Origin: an uncultured candidate division Zixibacteria bacterium
Lineage (GTDB): Bacteria > Zixibacteria > MSB-5A5 > GN15 > FEB-12
Assembly (NCBI GenBank): GCA_963806185.1
Contig: CAWDXE010000007.1
Location: 32,001-96,000 of the forward strand
Direction: 5' to 3'
DNA length: 64,000 nucleotides
The position numbers and the translations under genes were made by a program. How positions within the stretch are numbered: the first letter of the stretch is position 1; every line of letters begins with the position of its first letter. The notes under the pieces are model-generated. The model was not told the origin of the DNA, searched no databases, and saw nothing but the letters and a program-made list of their open reading frames with translations. This document shows positions 42,420 to 53,008 of the stretch, piece after piece.

Positions 42420-42513
42420 CGGAAGGGGTAGGAATCGAACCTACCAAGGACGATGCGATCGCCCCACGCTCGGCTTTGAAGGCCGGGACCGCCACCAGAC
42501 GGCATCCTCTTCC
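42420..42513 (-). tRNA. selC: tRNA-Sec (anticodon UCA)
   Basis: GGAAGAGGATGCCGTCTGGTGGCGGTCCCGGC-CTTCAAA-GCCGAG, long variable arm, GGTAGGTTCGATTCCTACCCCTTCCG; 94 nt. Confidence 0.92.
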
Positions 42514-42687
42514 GTCCGTAGTATATGGGGCCGATGCGCGGTGGGCAATTGGTTTCATGCCGGACGCGGGTTCGGCGGCGTCCTGTAACCTGCTGGCTAT
42601 TTGTGGGTTATAGAGATCGAAGATTGCCTCGATTTGGGTGTACTTTTCACTTTCGCGAAGGGGGAGAACGATATATCCTTACGGCCC

Positions 42688-43185
42688 ATGACGGGCAAAC
42701 GGACAGATTACATTAGTTGGGACGAATATTTCATGGCGGTGGCGCAGTTATCCGCCAGGCGGTCCAAGGATCCCTCGACGCAGGTTGGCGCCTGCATCGT
42801 CAACAAGACGAAGCGGATTATCGGTATCGGGTATAACGGGTTCCCGGTCGGCTGTTCCGATGATTTGCTTCCCTGGTCACGCGAGGGGGATTTTCTGGAT
42901 ACGAAATACCCATATGTCTGCCACGCCGAGATGAACGCGATCACCAACGCCTCGAACAAGCCGGATCTGGATGGGGCGAGTCTGTATGTATCCTTATTCC
43001 CCTGCAACGAATGTGCAAAATTGATCGTTCAGGTCGGTATTAAGGCGGTGGTCTTTCTGTCCGATAAATATGCCGACGACGTTAAGTTCGTTGCGGCCCG
43101 GCGGATTTTCGATATGGCCGGAGTACAGTACCGTCAGCTCGTACCGACAACCTCTGCACTTACGATTTCGCTGAAGATCGACTGA
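42688..43185 (+). CDS. dCMP deaminase
   Basis: [26 protein letters not shown]. Confidence 0.93.
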   Translation: MTGKRTDYISWDEYFMAVAQLSARRSKDPSTQVGACIVNKTKRIIGIGYNGFPVGCSDDLLPWSREGDFLDTKYPYVCHAEMNAITNASNKPDLDGASLYVSLFPCNECAKLIVQVGIKAVVFLSDKYADDVKFVAARRIFDMAGVQYRQLVPTTSALTISLKID

Positions 43186-43333
43186 ACAAAATCGATCGGA
43201 TTCGGCGAAGAAAGCACGGTTTCCGCGAACACGGGGCCCGATTTTAGTGTTGCAGACATTTTCGCGGGAAATAGATTAGAGGCTTCGTTCATTCGTAAAT
43301 ACGAATACTAAACCGGCAAAGGGAGATAAATCA

Positions 43334-44659
43334 GTGACCAAGACCAAAGAAGATGTACTGCGGTTGATCGACGAAGGCGAAGTCCGGTATGTCCGGCTCT
43401 GCCTGACTGATATTCTTGGCCGCATCAAAGGGATGGACATCACCCGCTCGGAGATCGAGCAGGTGCTGGAAGAAGGACAGGGGTTTGACGGTTCATCGGT
43501 TGAGGGGTTTGCCCGAATCGATGAATCGGATCTAATGGCAATTCCTGATCCCCGGACGTTCCGCATCATGCCGTGGGATGTGGCCGGCGAAAAAGTCGGA
43601 CTCATGTTCTGTGACATTCAGACGCCGAGCGGCGATCCGTATGACGGCGATCCGCGCTGGGTGCTGAAGCGCAATCTGAAGAAGCTTGAAGCGAAGGGCT
43701 GGAACCTTTTTGTGGGGCCGGAATGCGAGTACTTCTACTTCAAGGACTCAAAAGGTCCGGAGATCATCGATCGGGACGGGTATTTCGATTACCAGTCGGT
43801 CGATACCGGGACGCAGGTCCGGACCAAGACGGTCAATGCGCTTGAGCTGATGGACATTCCGGTGGAGTGCGCACACCACGAAGTGGCGCCGAGCCAGCAT
43901 GAGATCGATCTGAAGTATCAGGAAGCGCTGGTGATGGCGGATTTTGTGCAGATCTATCGTTCCATTGTCAAAGAAGTGGCGGTGGCGAACGGGCTGTATG
44001 CGACGTTCATGCCGAAGCCGATTTTCGGACAGAACGGTTCGGGCATGCACTGCCATATGTCGCTGTTTAAGGGTGACAAGAATCTGTTTTTCGACGCCAA
44101 GGCGGAGTATCATCTGTCCAAGACGGCTCGACAGTTCACCGCCGGCGTCCTGGCGCATGTCAGGGAAATCACGCTGGTGCTGAACCAGTGGGTGAATTCG
44201 TACAAGCGTCTGGTGCCGGGGTATGAGGCGCCGGTGTATATCGGCTGGGGTCAGCGCAACCGGTCGAGCCTGGTGCGCGTGCCGATGTATCGTGTGGGCA
44301 AAGAGAAAGCGACGCGCATCGAGTTGCGCTCGCCCGATCCTGCCGCTAACCCGTACCTGGTGTTTGCCTGCATGCTGGCGGCCGGGCTCGAGGGGATCGA
44401 GAAGGGGTACGAGCTGCCCAAGCCGATCGAGCAGAATATTTTCCGGATGTCGGCTGACGAAAAAAAGAAGATGAAGATTGATGCGTTGCCGGGTTCGCTG
44501 CCGGAAGCGCTGGCGGCATTTGAAGCCTCGCCGATCGCTCGCGAGGCGTTGGGCGATCACATTTTTGAGAAACTGATTGAGAATAAGCGGAAGGAATGGG
44601 ATCAGTTCCGCATCAACGTGACCGACTACGAAATCGAGCGGTACCTTTCGCTGTTGTAA
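43334..44659 (+). CDS. glnA: Glutamine synthetase type I
   Basis: FDGSS, HHEVA, NGSGMH, RIELRSPD. Confidence 0.95.
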   Translation: MTKTKEDVLRLIDEGEVRYVRLCLTDILGRIKGMDITRSEIEQVLEEGQGFDGSSVEGFARIDESDLMAIPDPRTFRIMPWDVAGEKVGLMFCDIQTPSGDPYDGDPRWVLKRNLKKLEAKGWNLFVGPECEYFYFKDSKGPEIIDRDGYFDYQSVDTGTQVRTKTVNALELMDIPVECAHHEVAPSQHEIDLKYQEALVMADFVQIYRSIVKEVAVANGLYATFMPKPIFGQNGSGMHCHMSLFKGDKNLFFDAKAEYHLSKTARQFTAGVLAHVREITLVLNQWVNSYKRLVPGYEAPVYIGWGQRNRSSLVRVPMYRVGKEKATRIELRSPDPAANPYLVFACMLAAGLEGIEKGYELPKPIEQNIFRMSADEKKKMKIDALPGSLPEALAAFEASPIAREALGDHIFEKLIENKRKEWDQFRINVTDYEIERYLSLL

Positions 44660-44681
44660 GAGTGACGACAAGGGTCATGTC

Positions 44682-44711
44682 AGCCGTCCGGCCTGTGCCG
44701 GGCGGCTTTTT
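44682..44711 (+). terminator. Intrinsic terminator after glnA
   Basis: AGCCGTCCGGC-CTGT-GCCGGGCGGCT followed by TTTT. Confidence 0.8.
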
Positions 44712-44924
44712 GTTGGTGCAAGGTGTATGTCAAAGTCAAAAAAGTCGTGCGACGGCGATTGAGTTGATACCAACGCCGAATGCGTCGTACCACGCATGAT
44801 GAAAAAAAACAGGGTATGACGCAGTTATCTCCCGAGTGAAAAAAAGGCAGGGGCCGACGACTGGAGAATTGCGGGGCGGATCAGAAGGGGTGGTGGGGTG
44901 GGTCCATGGGGATTTCTTGAGCTT

Positions 44925-45665
44925 TCGCCGTACCCCACCGCAGAGACGGTGGGGTACGGGGGTGAAATGTTCGTCGCGCTTCGACTTCGCTCAGGGCGAC
45001 GTTAGGTTTCCAGTTGGTTAGTAGAGCAGTTACGATGGTGCTCTTTATAAAGGGCCCCGATTCCGCATGTTGTAGCGAATTGGTAGCGGTGTGTGCAGGA
45101 GGGTGCGACAGTCACATTGGTGCCCGCTAACTGATTGCGTAATGTGTGTGCAATGGGGTGGAGATAGTGGGCTGGAGAAACGGTCGGATTTTTATGAGAT
45201 GTCGTGATGTGGTTTTGATGGGGCGTAGACCCATGGATTCCGGACCGTTGGCCTGGAATGACAAAGGGGGTGAGTTAAGTGGACACTGAGGTTCTGGAGC
45301 CTTCGGCTCCAGAATGACAAGGTTAGAGATCGCAGAATGACTAGGGGGGTGGTGAAGGGCGGTTGGCACACGGGACGTACGCCAACCACTGAATGGGAGA
45401 AGGCGGTGGACACTGAGGTTCTGGAGCCTTCGGCTCCAGAATGACAAAGTGAAAGGCCCGGAATGACAATGGGGGTGAGTTAAGTGGACACTGAGGTTCT
45501 GGAGCCTTCGGCTCCAGAATGACGGAGGGGGGCCCAGAATGACAAGGTGAAATGGTCCGGAATGACAAGAAGGAGGTTTGAGGACTACGAGATTCTGGGC
45601 CAAGGGCCCAGAATGACAATGGGGGGAGGGGCCGGAATGACATTGGGGGAGAGTCCAGAATGACT
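44925..45665. repeat. REP-like cluster with 11 GAATGAC-ended units, three identical 40-mers
   Basis: GTGGACACTGAGGTTCTGGAGCCTTCGGCTCCAGAATGAC at 45279, 45406 and 45484, plus half units. Confidence 0.85.
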
Positions 45666-45731
45666 TTGGGGAACGGATCGGTTCCGCAAAAACCCCTTGC
45701 CCACAATGTTTTAGGCCGTCATATTCCGGCC

Positions 45732-46208
45732 GTGAATCCTGAACATTTTCCCAACTACATGGAACTGGCAATTGCCGAGGCCGAAAAGGCGTTTGAACGG
45801 GGTGAAGTGCCGGTCGGTGCGGTGGTCGTGTTCGAAAACAAGGTGATCGGCCGAGGACATAACCTGACCGAGTCGCTTCACGACGCCACCGCTCATGCCG
45901 AGATGATTGCCCTGTCGGCGGCGTACGAGCATTTCGGCGACTGGCGGCTGGAGAACTGTTATCTTTTCTCGACGCTTGAACCCTGCTCCATGTGTGCGTC
46001 GGCGTCGGTACTGTCGCGCATTCATACGATAGTCTACGGAGCGGCTGATCCGAAATTCGGCGGGTGCGAATCGATCTTTCAAATCCCAACCGAGCCGAAA
46101 TTGAATCATCGCTGTAAACTGGTCGGGGGGGTAAAAGAGGCGGAGGTGGCTGAACTGATGCGGGAGTTTTTCCGGAGAGTTCGCAAAGATAAGGAGAAGA
46201 TCAATTGA
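45732..46208 (+). CDS. tadA: tRNA adenosine(34) deaminase
   Basis: GEVPVGAV, HAE, LEPCSMC, GAADPK. Confidence 0.9.
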   Translation: MNPEHFPNYMELAIAEAEKAFERGEVPVGAVVVFENKVIGRGHNLTESLHDATAHAEMIALSAAYEHFGDWRLENCYLFSTLEPCSMCASASVLSRIHTIVYGAADPKFGGCESIFQIPTEPKLNHRCKLVGGVKEAEVAELMREFFRRVRKDKEKIN

Positions 46209-46684
46209 GTCCGACTCCTGCAACCGGATCCGGGACAGCGCCGGACCGGACGTTTCGTCGGGTTCAAGGACTGGCGATCATCATGCTGGTCGTGGCGCCG
46301 CTGCTCTACCTGGGCATTGCCTATCTTCAGGAGATGGAAGGGATCGCGCCCGGATATGCGGTGGATCTGACAGTGTATTTGCTTTTGGCGGTGGGGATTC
46401 TGGAGCCGAGCGTCTATTGGTTGATCGAGCGCTCGCAGATAGCACATTACCGGGAATCGGGCGGCCGAAGCAAGATGTCACCCTCGCAGGTGTACTTCAC
46501 GCTGTCGGTCATTCGCATGGCATTTGTCGAAGCGATTTATGTCTTTGGCCTGACCGTCTATTTTGTCACCGGCAGTTACCAGGCGATGTTGTATTTCTAT
46601 CCGGTAGCTCTCGCCTGGACCGTCGTTCATTGGCCGCGCCGGGCGGGGTATGAACGGCTGATGCATATGTTAGGGGCACCATGA
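46205..46684 (+). CDS. Hypothetical membrane protein
   Basis: Four hydrophobic segments; overlaps the tadA stop. Confidence 0.7.
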   Translation: MSPTPATGSGTAPDRTFRRVQGLAIIMLVVAPLLYLGIAYLQEMEGIAPGYAVDLTVYLLLAVGILEPSVYWLIERSQIAHYRESGGRSKMSPSQVYFTLSVIRMAFVEAIYVFGLTVYFVTGSYQAMLYFYPVALAWTVVHWPRRAGYERLMHMLGAP

Positions 46685-47199
46685 TGGAGAAGAAGACACG
46701 AGCGGACGTCGACCTGACTCGAATCATGATCAAGCCGATTTATTTCGGCATGGCCGTCAATATCCTAGCGCCGGCGGCCATCTTATTGATCTGCTACTTC
46801 CTGCAGAAGCAAAATCTGGAAAACCTGGTGGGTGATCTGGCGCGCCCGATGTTCTGGGTGTTTTGCGTGCTGGCGGCGGGCGTGTCCGGGTTTGTCTTGT
46901 GGTGGCGATCGAGGTTGCTGAAGGAACCGGCGGCACGATCAAAGGAGACGCTCGAAGAGGATTTGCGGGAAGCGCTGGGGCTTCGTCTCAGACCGGTACT
47001 GGTCCTGGTGGCGGCGATTTCGCTATTTGGCTACAGCTATTTCTTTCTGACCGGGCGGTTCCAGGAGGCGCTGATATTCGTGCTCTGGTCGTTCATACTG
47101 TTTCAGATCATCCGCCCGCGGTATGGGGCGGTGCAGACCTGGGCCGATTACCAGTTGGAGTTGGCGGAGCAGGGGAAGTTTCTCAAGCCCAAGCCGTAA
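46681..47199 (+). CDS. Hypothetical membrane protein
   Basis: Four hydrophobic segments; ATGA-type overlap with the previous gene. Confidence 0.7.
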   Translation: MMEKKTRADVDLTRIMIKPIYFGMAVNILAPAAILLICYFLQKQNLENLVGDLARPMFWVFCVLAAGVSGFVLWWRSRLLKEPAARSKETLEEDLREALGLRLRPVLVLVAAISLFGYSYFFLTGRFQEALIFVLWSFILFQIIRPRYGAVQTWADYQLELAEQGKFLKPKP

Positions 47200-47328
47200 T
47201 CGGCGATGGCGCGAGAGAGGGTGTGAGAATCTCGGGCGCCGGCCGATGTGTCGATAAACCGCTTTACAGCCGATGAAATTCGAGTACATTAGGCATTCGC
47301 CGAAAGCGGCGGGATGGTTCAGTCGATC

Positions 47329-47414
47329 GGAGAGGTGGCTGAGTGGTCGAAAGCGGCGGTCTCGAAAACCGTTATACCCTTCGGGTATCTAGGGTTCGAA
47401 TCCCTACCTCTCCG
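47329..47414 (+). tRNA. tRNA-Ser(CGA)
   Basis: GGAGAGGTGGCTGAGTGG...GCGGT-CT-CGA-AA-ACCGT, long variable arm, GGTTCGAATCCCTACCTCTCCG. Confidence 0.96.
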
Positions 47415-47716
47415 CATGTAACATATTGATATATAATTGGTTATGGCCATTTCTTGGCCGCCTGCCTTTTCGTACCCTCTCCGCTGTCAATATCTTTAAA
47501 GTTAGTCATTGTAGCAATGAGAACTACTCTAATTGCTGTTGATTCGATCCTCCATCCTTTTGCACTTCGAAGCTTTTAACAAACTATTGCACTGAATATC
47601 ACCAATCGAATAACGACACAAATGGCCCTCACGGCCTCCATCGATAAGACTTTGCCTGATTGTGATAAACTACTCTGATGCGACGGAACAACGGGTAAAT
47701 GCTCGCCAAAGATGTC

Positions 47717-47762
47717 TTGACACTCTGCCGATATGAATATATATTCGCCTAGGCGAATATAT
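47717..47762 (+). promoter_or_regulatory. sigma70 promoter with 24-bp perfect palindromic operator (ArsR-type)
   Basis: TTGACA-N17-TATATT; ATATATTCGCCTAGGCGAATATAT at 47739-47762. Confidence 0.8.
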
Positions 47763-47811
47763 GAATATGTTGCGGTCTGGTTTACGGACTGAGTTAATAG
47801 AGTGAGAGAGT

Positions 47812-48414
47812 TTGAAAATGAAAATGTCAGTGTATGATCCTGCTATGTGCTGCCCGACTGGTGTCTGTGGTCCGGCAGTCGATCCGAAACTGCCGCGCTT
47901 TGCAGCCGACCTCGAGTGGCTTGGAAATCAAGGCATAACCGTTGAACGGTTCAACCTGGCCCAGCAACCGGCGGCCTTCGCACAGAATCCGGTGGTAAAG
48001 GAAATGCTCGGTAAGCAGGGTAACGACTGCCTGCCGCTGATCTTGGTGGATGGCGCAGTCGTGTCCACGGTCAGTTATCCAACCCGAGAGAAACTCGCTG
48101 CCTTTGTCAATCTCTCGTATGCTCGGGTCCCCAGCATCTTCACCGATGCAGTTTCCGAATTGGTCGCCATTGGGGCCGCGATTGCCTCAAACTGCGAACC
48201 ATGTTTCCGCTTCCACTATGATAAGGCGCGGAAATTGGGTGTCTCTAAAGAGGATATGGCTCTGGCCGTCGCAATCGCTCAGGGCGTCAAAGAAACTCCG
48301 GCCAAGTCGATTCTTGAAATGGCTGATCGTTACCTCAAATCGAAAAGTACCGACGAGCCAATGACTCTTCCCATGGCAGAAGTCGCCTCCAAATCCAGCG
48401 GCAAATGCTGCTGA
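47812..48414 (+). CDS. arsD: Arsenite metallochaperone ArsD fused to a CMD/AhpD-like domain
   Basis: YDPAMCCPTGVCG...YPTR, then ELVAIGAAIASNCEPCFRFH; ends KCC. Confidence 0.88.
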   Translation: MKMKMSVYDPAMCCPTGVCGPAVDPKLPRFAADLEWLGNQGITVERFNLAQQPAAFAQNPVVKEMLGKQGNDCLPLILVDGAVVSTVSYPTREKLAAFVNLSYARVPSIFTDAVSELVAIGAAIASNCEPCFRFHYDKARKLGVSKEDMALAVAIAQGVKETPAKSILEMADRYLKSKSTDEPMTLPMAEVASKSSGKCC

Positions 48415-48427
48415 CCAAGGCTAGATT

Positions 48428-50227
48428 ATGTTGATACTAGATAACCCATCGAGGAATCTGTTCTTCACCGGCAAAGGGGGTGTGGGAAAGACATCGTTAG
48501 CCTGTGCCACGGCGGTGTCCCTTGCCGATCGCGGCAAGAGGGTGCTACTGGTAAGCACAGATCCCGCATCAAATCTCGATGAAGTCCTTAATGTGCACCT
48601 TTCCGCCGTCCCGACCGCGATACCGGACGCTTCCAACTTGTTCGCGCTCAATATCGATCCCGAAGCGGCTGCTCACGCCTATCGGGAGCGAATGGTCGGG
48701 CCGTATCGGGGCCTGCTTCCTGAAGCAGCCGTAGCCAGTATAGAAGAGCAGCTGTCTGGCGCCTGCACCACTGAGATTGCCGCGTTCGACGAATTCGCCA
48801 AACTACTGGGCGATCCCGCTGCGACGGCCGACTTCGACCACATCGTTTTCGATACCGCGCCGACCGGCCATACTCTGCGCTTACTGCAGTTGCCGGCAGC
48901 GTGGAGCGACTTCATTGAGTCGAGCGCGGGTGGGACCTCGTGCCTGGGTCCGCTATCCGGATTGCAGACGCAGCGTGAACTCTACGCGCAAACGGTCCGC
49001 GCATTGGCCGATCCAGCTATCACGACTCTGGTTCTCGTAAGCAGGCCGGAGCGAGCGGCTCTGCAGGAAGCGGACCGGACGCGACAGGAACTGTCGGCTG
49101 TCGGCGTTGGAAATCAGCACTTCATTCTCAATGGGACGTTCGTTGCCCAGGACCGCGAAGATCCAATTGCTTTGGCGCTTGAAGAACGTGGCAGACAAGC
49201 GGTGAACTCCATGCCGGCAGCTCTGGCACAACTTCCGCAGTCTCGAACACAGCTTCTTCCCTTTGGTCTGATTGGCGTACCTTCGTTACGGGCTCTGGTA
49301 AATGCGGACCCCCGAGAAACGACTCCAGCGGCACCTGCTCGACAAACTGCTGGAATCACTTTGCCGGCGCTTTCGACGCTGATTCGCCAATTGGAGACAA
49401 GCAAGCGCGGCGTGATAATGGTTATGGGCAAAGGGGGAGTAGGCAAGACCACTGTCGCGGCCGCTATTGCGGTAGCACTGGCCGATCATGGCCATACCGT
49501 TCACCTGACTACCACCGACCCGGCCGGACAGGTGCAGTCGGCACTGGCAAATAGTGTGGCGGGGCTGACCGTCAGCCGCATCGACCCCGTTGCCGAAACC
49601 GAGGCGTATCGTCTGGAAGTAATGCGCACTGCCGGTGGCAAGCTGGATGATCAGGGACTTCGTCTGTTAGAGGAAGAGCTACGCTCTCCCTGCACCGAAG
49701 AGATGGCGGTCTTTCGCGCGTTCGCGCAGAAGGTTGCCGAAGGGGCAAATGAATTTGTCGTGCTTGATACCGCTCCGACCGGTCACACGCTCCTGCTCCT
49801 GGATGCTACTGAGGCCTACCATCGGCAGGTCTCGCACACTATGAGTGATGTGCCGGATTCCGTTCGGCAGCTACTCCCGCGGCTGCGGGATGCGGAGTAC
49901 ACCAAGGTGCTCATCGTCACCTTGCCGGAAGCGACACCGGTCCATGAGGCCGCGCAACTCCAGAAGGATTTGAAACGAGCCGAAATCACGCCGCACGCCT
50001 GGGTGATCAACCAGTGTCTGACGCCGCATGCGGTCTCTGACCCCGTCTTGAAAACCAGGCAGGCGAGAGAAGGTCTGTTTATCGACGAGGTGACGCAGGT
50101 GCACAGCACAACGGCGTACATGATCCCATGGATGGAAGCAGGAGCAACTTTGGCAGACAGCCTGCGCAAAGTGGTGGCCGCCACGGCGGTAAGCGACAAA
50201 CCTATGGTCAGCAGACAAGGAAGTTAG
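48428..50227 (+). CDS. arsA: Arsenical pump-driving ATPase
   Basis: Two GKGGVGKT and two DTAPTGH motifs. Confidence 0.96.
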   Translation: MLILDNPSRNLFFTGKGGVGKTSLACATAVSLADRGKRVLLVSTDPASNLDEVLNVHLSAVPTAIPDASNLFALNIDPEAAAHAYRERMVGPYRGLLPEAAVASIEEQLSGACTTEIAAFDEFAKLLGDPAATADFDHIVFDTAPTGHTLRLLQLPAAWSDFIESSAGGTSCLGPLSGLQTQRELYAQTVRALADPAITTLVLVSRPERAALQEADRTRQELSAVGVGNQHFILNGTFVAQDREDPIALALEERGRQAVNSMPAALAQLPQSRTQLLPFGLIGVPSLRALVNADPRETTPAAPARQTAGITLPALSTLIRQLETSKRGVIMVMGKGGVGKTTVAAAIAVALADHGHTVHLTTTDPAGQVQSALANSVAGLTVSRIDPVAETEAYRLEVMRTAGGKLDDQGLRLLEEELRSPCTEEMAVFRAFAQKVAEGANEFVVLDTAPTGHTLLLLDATEAYHRQVSHTMSDVPDSVRQLLPRLRDAEYTKVLIVTLPEATPVHEAAQLQKDLKRAEITPHAWVINQCLTPHAVSDPVLKTRQAREGLFIDEVTQVHSTTAYMIPWMEAGATLADSLRKVVAATAVSDKPMVSRQGS

Positions 50228-50232
50228 GAATT

Positions 50233-51306
50233 ATGGCGCAGCAGGAAGCAAAGCGATTGTCGTTTCTTGACCGCTACTTGACACTCTGGATTTTCCTGGG
50301 CATGGGAGCAGGCGTGGCACTGGGATGGCTGCTACCGCAGACCGAGCAGTTCATCAACCGCTTTCAGGTTGGCACGACCAATGTCCCGATCGCCATTGGT
50401 CTCATTCTGATGATGTATCCTCCGTTGGCGAAAGTGAAGTACGAGGAGCTTGGAGACGTATTCCGCAACACGAAAGTTCTCGGGCTCTCACTATTACAGA
50501 ATTGGGTGATCGGACCGATTCTCATGTTTTTCCTGGCGATTGCGTTTCTCTCGGGCTATCCCGAGTACATGGTCGGGTTGATCATGATCGGCCTGGCGCG
50601 CTGCATTGCCATGGTGATTGTCTGGAACGAATTGGCCAAGGGAGACACCGAGTATGCCGCTGGACTAGTGGCATTCAACTCGATTTTCCAGGTGCTCTTT
50701 TATTCAGTCTATGCCTGGGTGTTCATCACCGTGCTGCCGCCACTGTTCGGTCTCAGCGGCTCAGTAGTCGATGTCAGTATGAGGCAAATCGCCGAATCGG
50801 TATTCATTTATCTGGGGATTCCCTTTATCGCAGGTATGCTCACCCGCCTGATCGCGCTCAAGACCAAAGGACGGGAATGGTACGAGCAAAAGTTCATTCC
50901 GAAAATCAGTCCAATTACTTTGATCGCTCTGCTCTTTACAATCGTTGTGATGTTCAGTCTCAAAGGGAATCTGATCGTGCAAATCCCGCTTGACGTGGTG
51001 AGGATCGCGGTGCCACTCTTGATCTATTTTGTCGTCATGTTCCTGGTTAGTTTTTGGATGGGTCGCAAAGCGGGCGCAGACTACTCAAAAACGGCCACCC
51101 TGTCCTTCACGGCCGCCAGTAACAACTTCGAGCTGGCGATTGCTGTGGCCGTGGCGGTATTTGGCATTAACTCCGGCGCGGCCTTTGCGGCCGTTATTGG
51201 ACCGCTTGTCGAGGTGCCCGTTCTCATTGGATTGGTCAATGTGGCACTCTATTTCCAGCGAAAATACTTCGCACAACCGAACGCAGCTATGGAGGCGGCA
51301 CGATGA
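50233..51306 (+). CDS. acr3: ACR3-family arsenite efflux transporter
   Basis: [34 protein letters not shown]. Confidence 0.96.
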   Translation: MAQQEAKRLSFLDRYLTLWIFLGMGAGVALGWLLPQTEQFINRFQVGTTNVPIAIGLILMMYPPLAKVKYEELGDVFRNTKVLGLSLLQNWVIGPILMFFLAIAFLSGYPEYMVGLIMIGLARCIAMVIVWNELAKGDTEYAAGLVAFNSIFQVLFYSVYAWVFITVLPPLFGLSGSVVDVSMRQIAESVFIYLGIPFIAGMLTRLIALKTKGREWYEQKFIPKISPITLIALLFTIVVMFSLKGNLIVQIPLDVVRIAVPLLIYFVVMFLVSFWMGRKAGADYSKTATLSFTAASNNFELAIAVAVAVFGINSGAAFAAVIGPLVEVPVLIGLVNVALYFQRKYFAQPNAAMEAAR

Positions 51307-51641
51307 AGACTCACGAAGCGTTTAAGGGGCTGTCTGATCCGACGCGGCTTCGCATCGTCGCGCTTCTGCTGGAGCAGGAACTCTGCGTGTGTGACTTGAT
51401 GGCCGTCTTGCAATTGCCTCAATCAACAGTGTCCCGTCATATGATACGCTTGAAAGCCGCGGGGCTGGTCGCGGATCGACGCGCGGGCAAATGGGTGCAC
51501 TATTGCCTGCTTGAAAATTCCCTGGTAAGCGATCTGCGGCGCCTGCTGCAGAACCATTTGGCCGGCGCTGAGCCCTATAAGAAAGACGCAACTGCCTTGC
51601 GACGATATGTCCGAAACGGGAACTGTGCTGAAAACTCGTGA
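51303..51641 (+). CDS. arsR: ArsR/SmtB repressor (ELCVCDL type)
   Basis: [23 protein letters not shown]. Confidence 0.93.
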   Translation: MKTHEAFKGLSDPTRLRIVALLLEQELCVCDLMAVLQLPQSTVSRHMIRLKAAGLVADRRAGKWVHYCLLENSLVSDLRRLLQNHLAGAEPYKKDATALRRYVRNGNCAENS

Positions 51642-51654
51642 GAAGATCGAACCG

Positions 51655-52095
51655 ATGAACGACAACAAGACACTGCGTATTTTGGTGCTGTGCACCGGCA
51701 ATTCCTGTCGATCGCAGATCGCCGAAGGGTACTTTCGTCACTATGGAGGAGACAGAGTGGAAGTCTTCTCTGCCGGGCTTGAGCCAAAGGGAGTCAACCC
51801 ACGGGCGATTCAGGTGATGAAGGAAGTTGGCATTGATATATCGCAGCATGCTTCAGACCACCTGTCAAAGTACATGGGCCAGTCATTTGATTACGTCATT
51901 ACTGTCTGCGATAACGCGGCGGCCAATTGCCCGGTGTTTCCGGGAGCCGGAACGAAACTGCACTGGCCGTTTGAAGATCCCGCCGACGCGACTGGCACGG
52001 AAGAACAGGTGTTGGCGGTTTTCCGTCAAATACGTGACGAAATTGGTGCAAAGGTGAAGAACTGGTTGAGGACAACCCAAGAGCTGGCCCGATAG
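51655..52095 (+). CDS. arsC: Thioredoxin-coupled arsenate reductase (LMW-PTP fold)
   Basis: CTGNSCRSQ, TVCD....CP, HWPFEDP. Confidence 0.93.
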   Translation: MNDNKTLRILVLCTGNSCRSQIAEGYFRHYGGDRVEVFSAGLEPKGVNPRAIQVMKEVGIDISQHASDHLSKYMGQSFDYVITVCDNAAANCPVFPGAGTKLHWPFEDPADATGTEEQVLAVFRQIRDEIGAKVKNWLRTTQELAR

Positions 52096-52235
52096 CTTTT
52101 CGGGATATGGCTTCCTTGTCCGACCAAAGGCAATGCGCAGTTTGTGAGTAAATGAACAACAGAGGCGCGACGCCTGTTTATAAAATGGAGAAAGAAGTCG
52201 ATTACATGGGTCCACGATAGTAAGGTAACCACAGA

Positions 52236-52997
52236 ATGGAGGAACAGATGTTCAGGAAAATCAGCATTGTGACCGTTGCTCTGCTGCTTATGGCGGTAGC
52301 GGCCTTTGGCGCGGCACAACAACAACTGGAAGCGGCCGCAAAATCCGGCAACGTGGCCTTCGTCTTGGTGTATGACGCCACTGCTACCACTCTCGAGCAG
52401 GCGCGTCAGCTAACCGCGCAGGCGGTCGGCCGCGTGCCCGGATCGATAGCGATCGAAGTCAATCGCGGTGACGCCTCCGAAGCGGATTTTGTGAAGCGAT
52501 ATGGGCTGGCTACTGCTCCGGTACCGCTCATCTTAGTGAGCTCATCTGCCGGCGTCATCACCGGCGGTGTCATCGCCGCCCAGGCCAATGTTGACCAACT
52601 GGTGAAACTTGTACCATCACCCAAGAAAGCTGAAATCATCCAGGCGTTGTCGCAGGGAAATGCCGTGTTCATTACCGCGAGTCGGAAGAGCATGGCGACA
52701 GCAACAACTGTCAATAGCGCATGCGCCGCCGCGTGCCAACAGATGGCTGGGAAATCGGTACAAGTGACTGTTGATATGGATGATCCAAAAGAGGCCGGTT
52801 TCCTGACCGAGATGAAAGTCAATCTGCAATCAGCAGAACCGATCACGTTGGTAGCCAACGCTCAGGGGCAGATTGCCGGGATGTACACTGGGGCCATGCA
52901 GGTTACCGATCTCGTGACCGCCGCGACCAAGAAAGTTGGCGGCTGTTGCCCATCGACTGTTGCCAAACCGGACGCTTCATGCGCGCCTAAGAAGTAA
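52236..52997 (+). CDS. Secreted protein, two thioredoxin-like repeats, C-terminal CC
   Basis: Signal peptide; internal repeat; CAAAC and GGCCP...SCA. Confidence 0.7.
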   Translation: MEEQMFRKISIVTVALLLMAVAAFGAAQQQLEAAAKSGNVAFVLVYDATATTLEQARQLTAQAVGRVPGSIAIEVNRGDASEADFVKRYGLATAPVPLILVSSSAGVITGGVIAAQANVDQLVKLVPSPKKAEIIQALSQGNAVFITASRKSMATATTVNSACAAACQQMAGKSVQVTVDMDDPKEAGFLTEMKVNLQSAEPITLVANAQGQIAGMYTGAMQVTDLVTAATKKVGGCCPSTVAKPDASCAPKK

Positions 52998-53008
52998 GGA
53001 AAGCCAAA

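Noticed and set aside
45279..45523. CRISPR array (three identical 40-nt palindromic repeats)
   Set aside because: Spacers are 87 and 38 nt, contain repeat fragments and shared sequence, there are no cas genes, and the unit matches the REP-like family seen elsewhere.
45127..46089. 320-aa repeat protein on the minus strand
   Set aside because: It is the translation of the REP array plus the antisense of tadA; no coding features.
47471..47484. Second att copy (TACCCTCTCCGC) just after tRNA-Ser
   Set aside because: Only about 11 nt of imperfect match; cannot be distinguished from chance.
48403..48445. Selenocysteine at the ArsD end (KCC-TGA)
   Set aside because: Terminal CC is normal for ArsD, no convincing hairpin follows, and readthrough would run into the arsA start for only nine codons.
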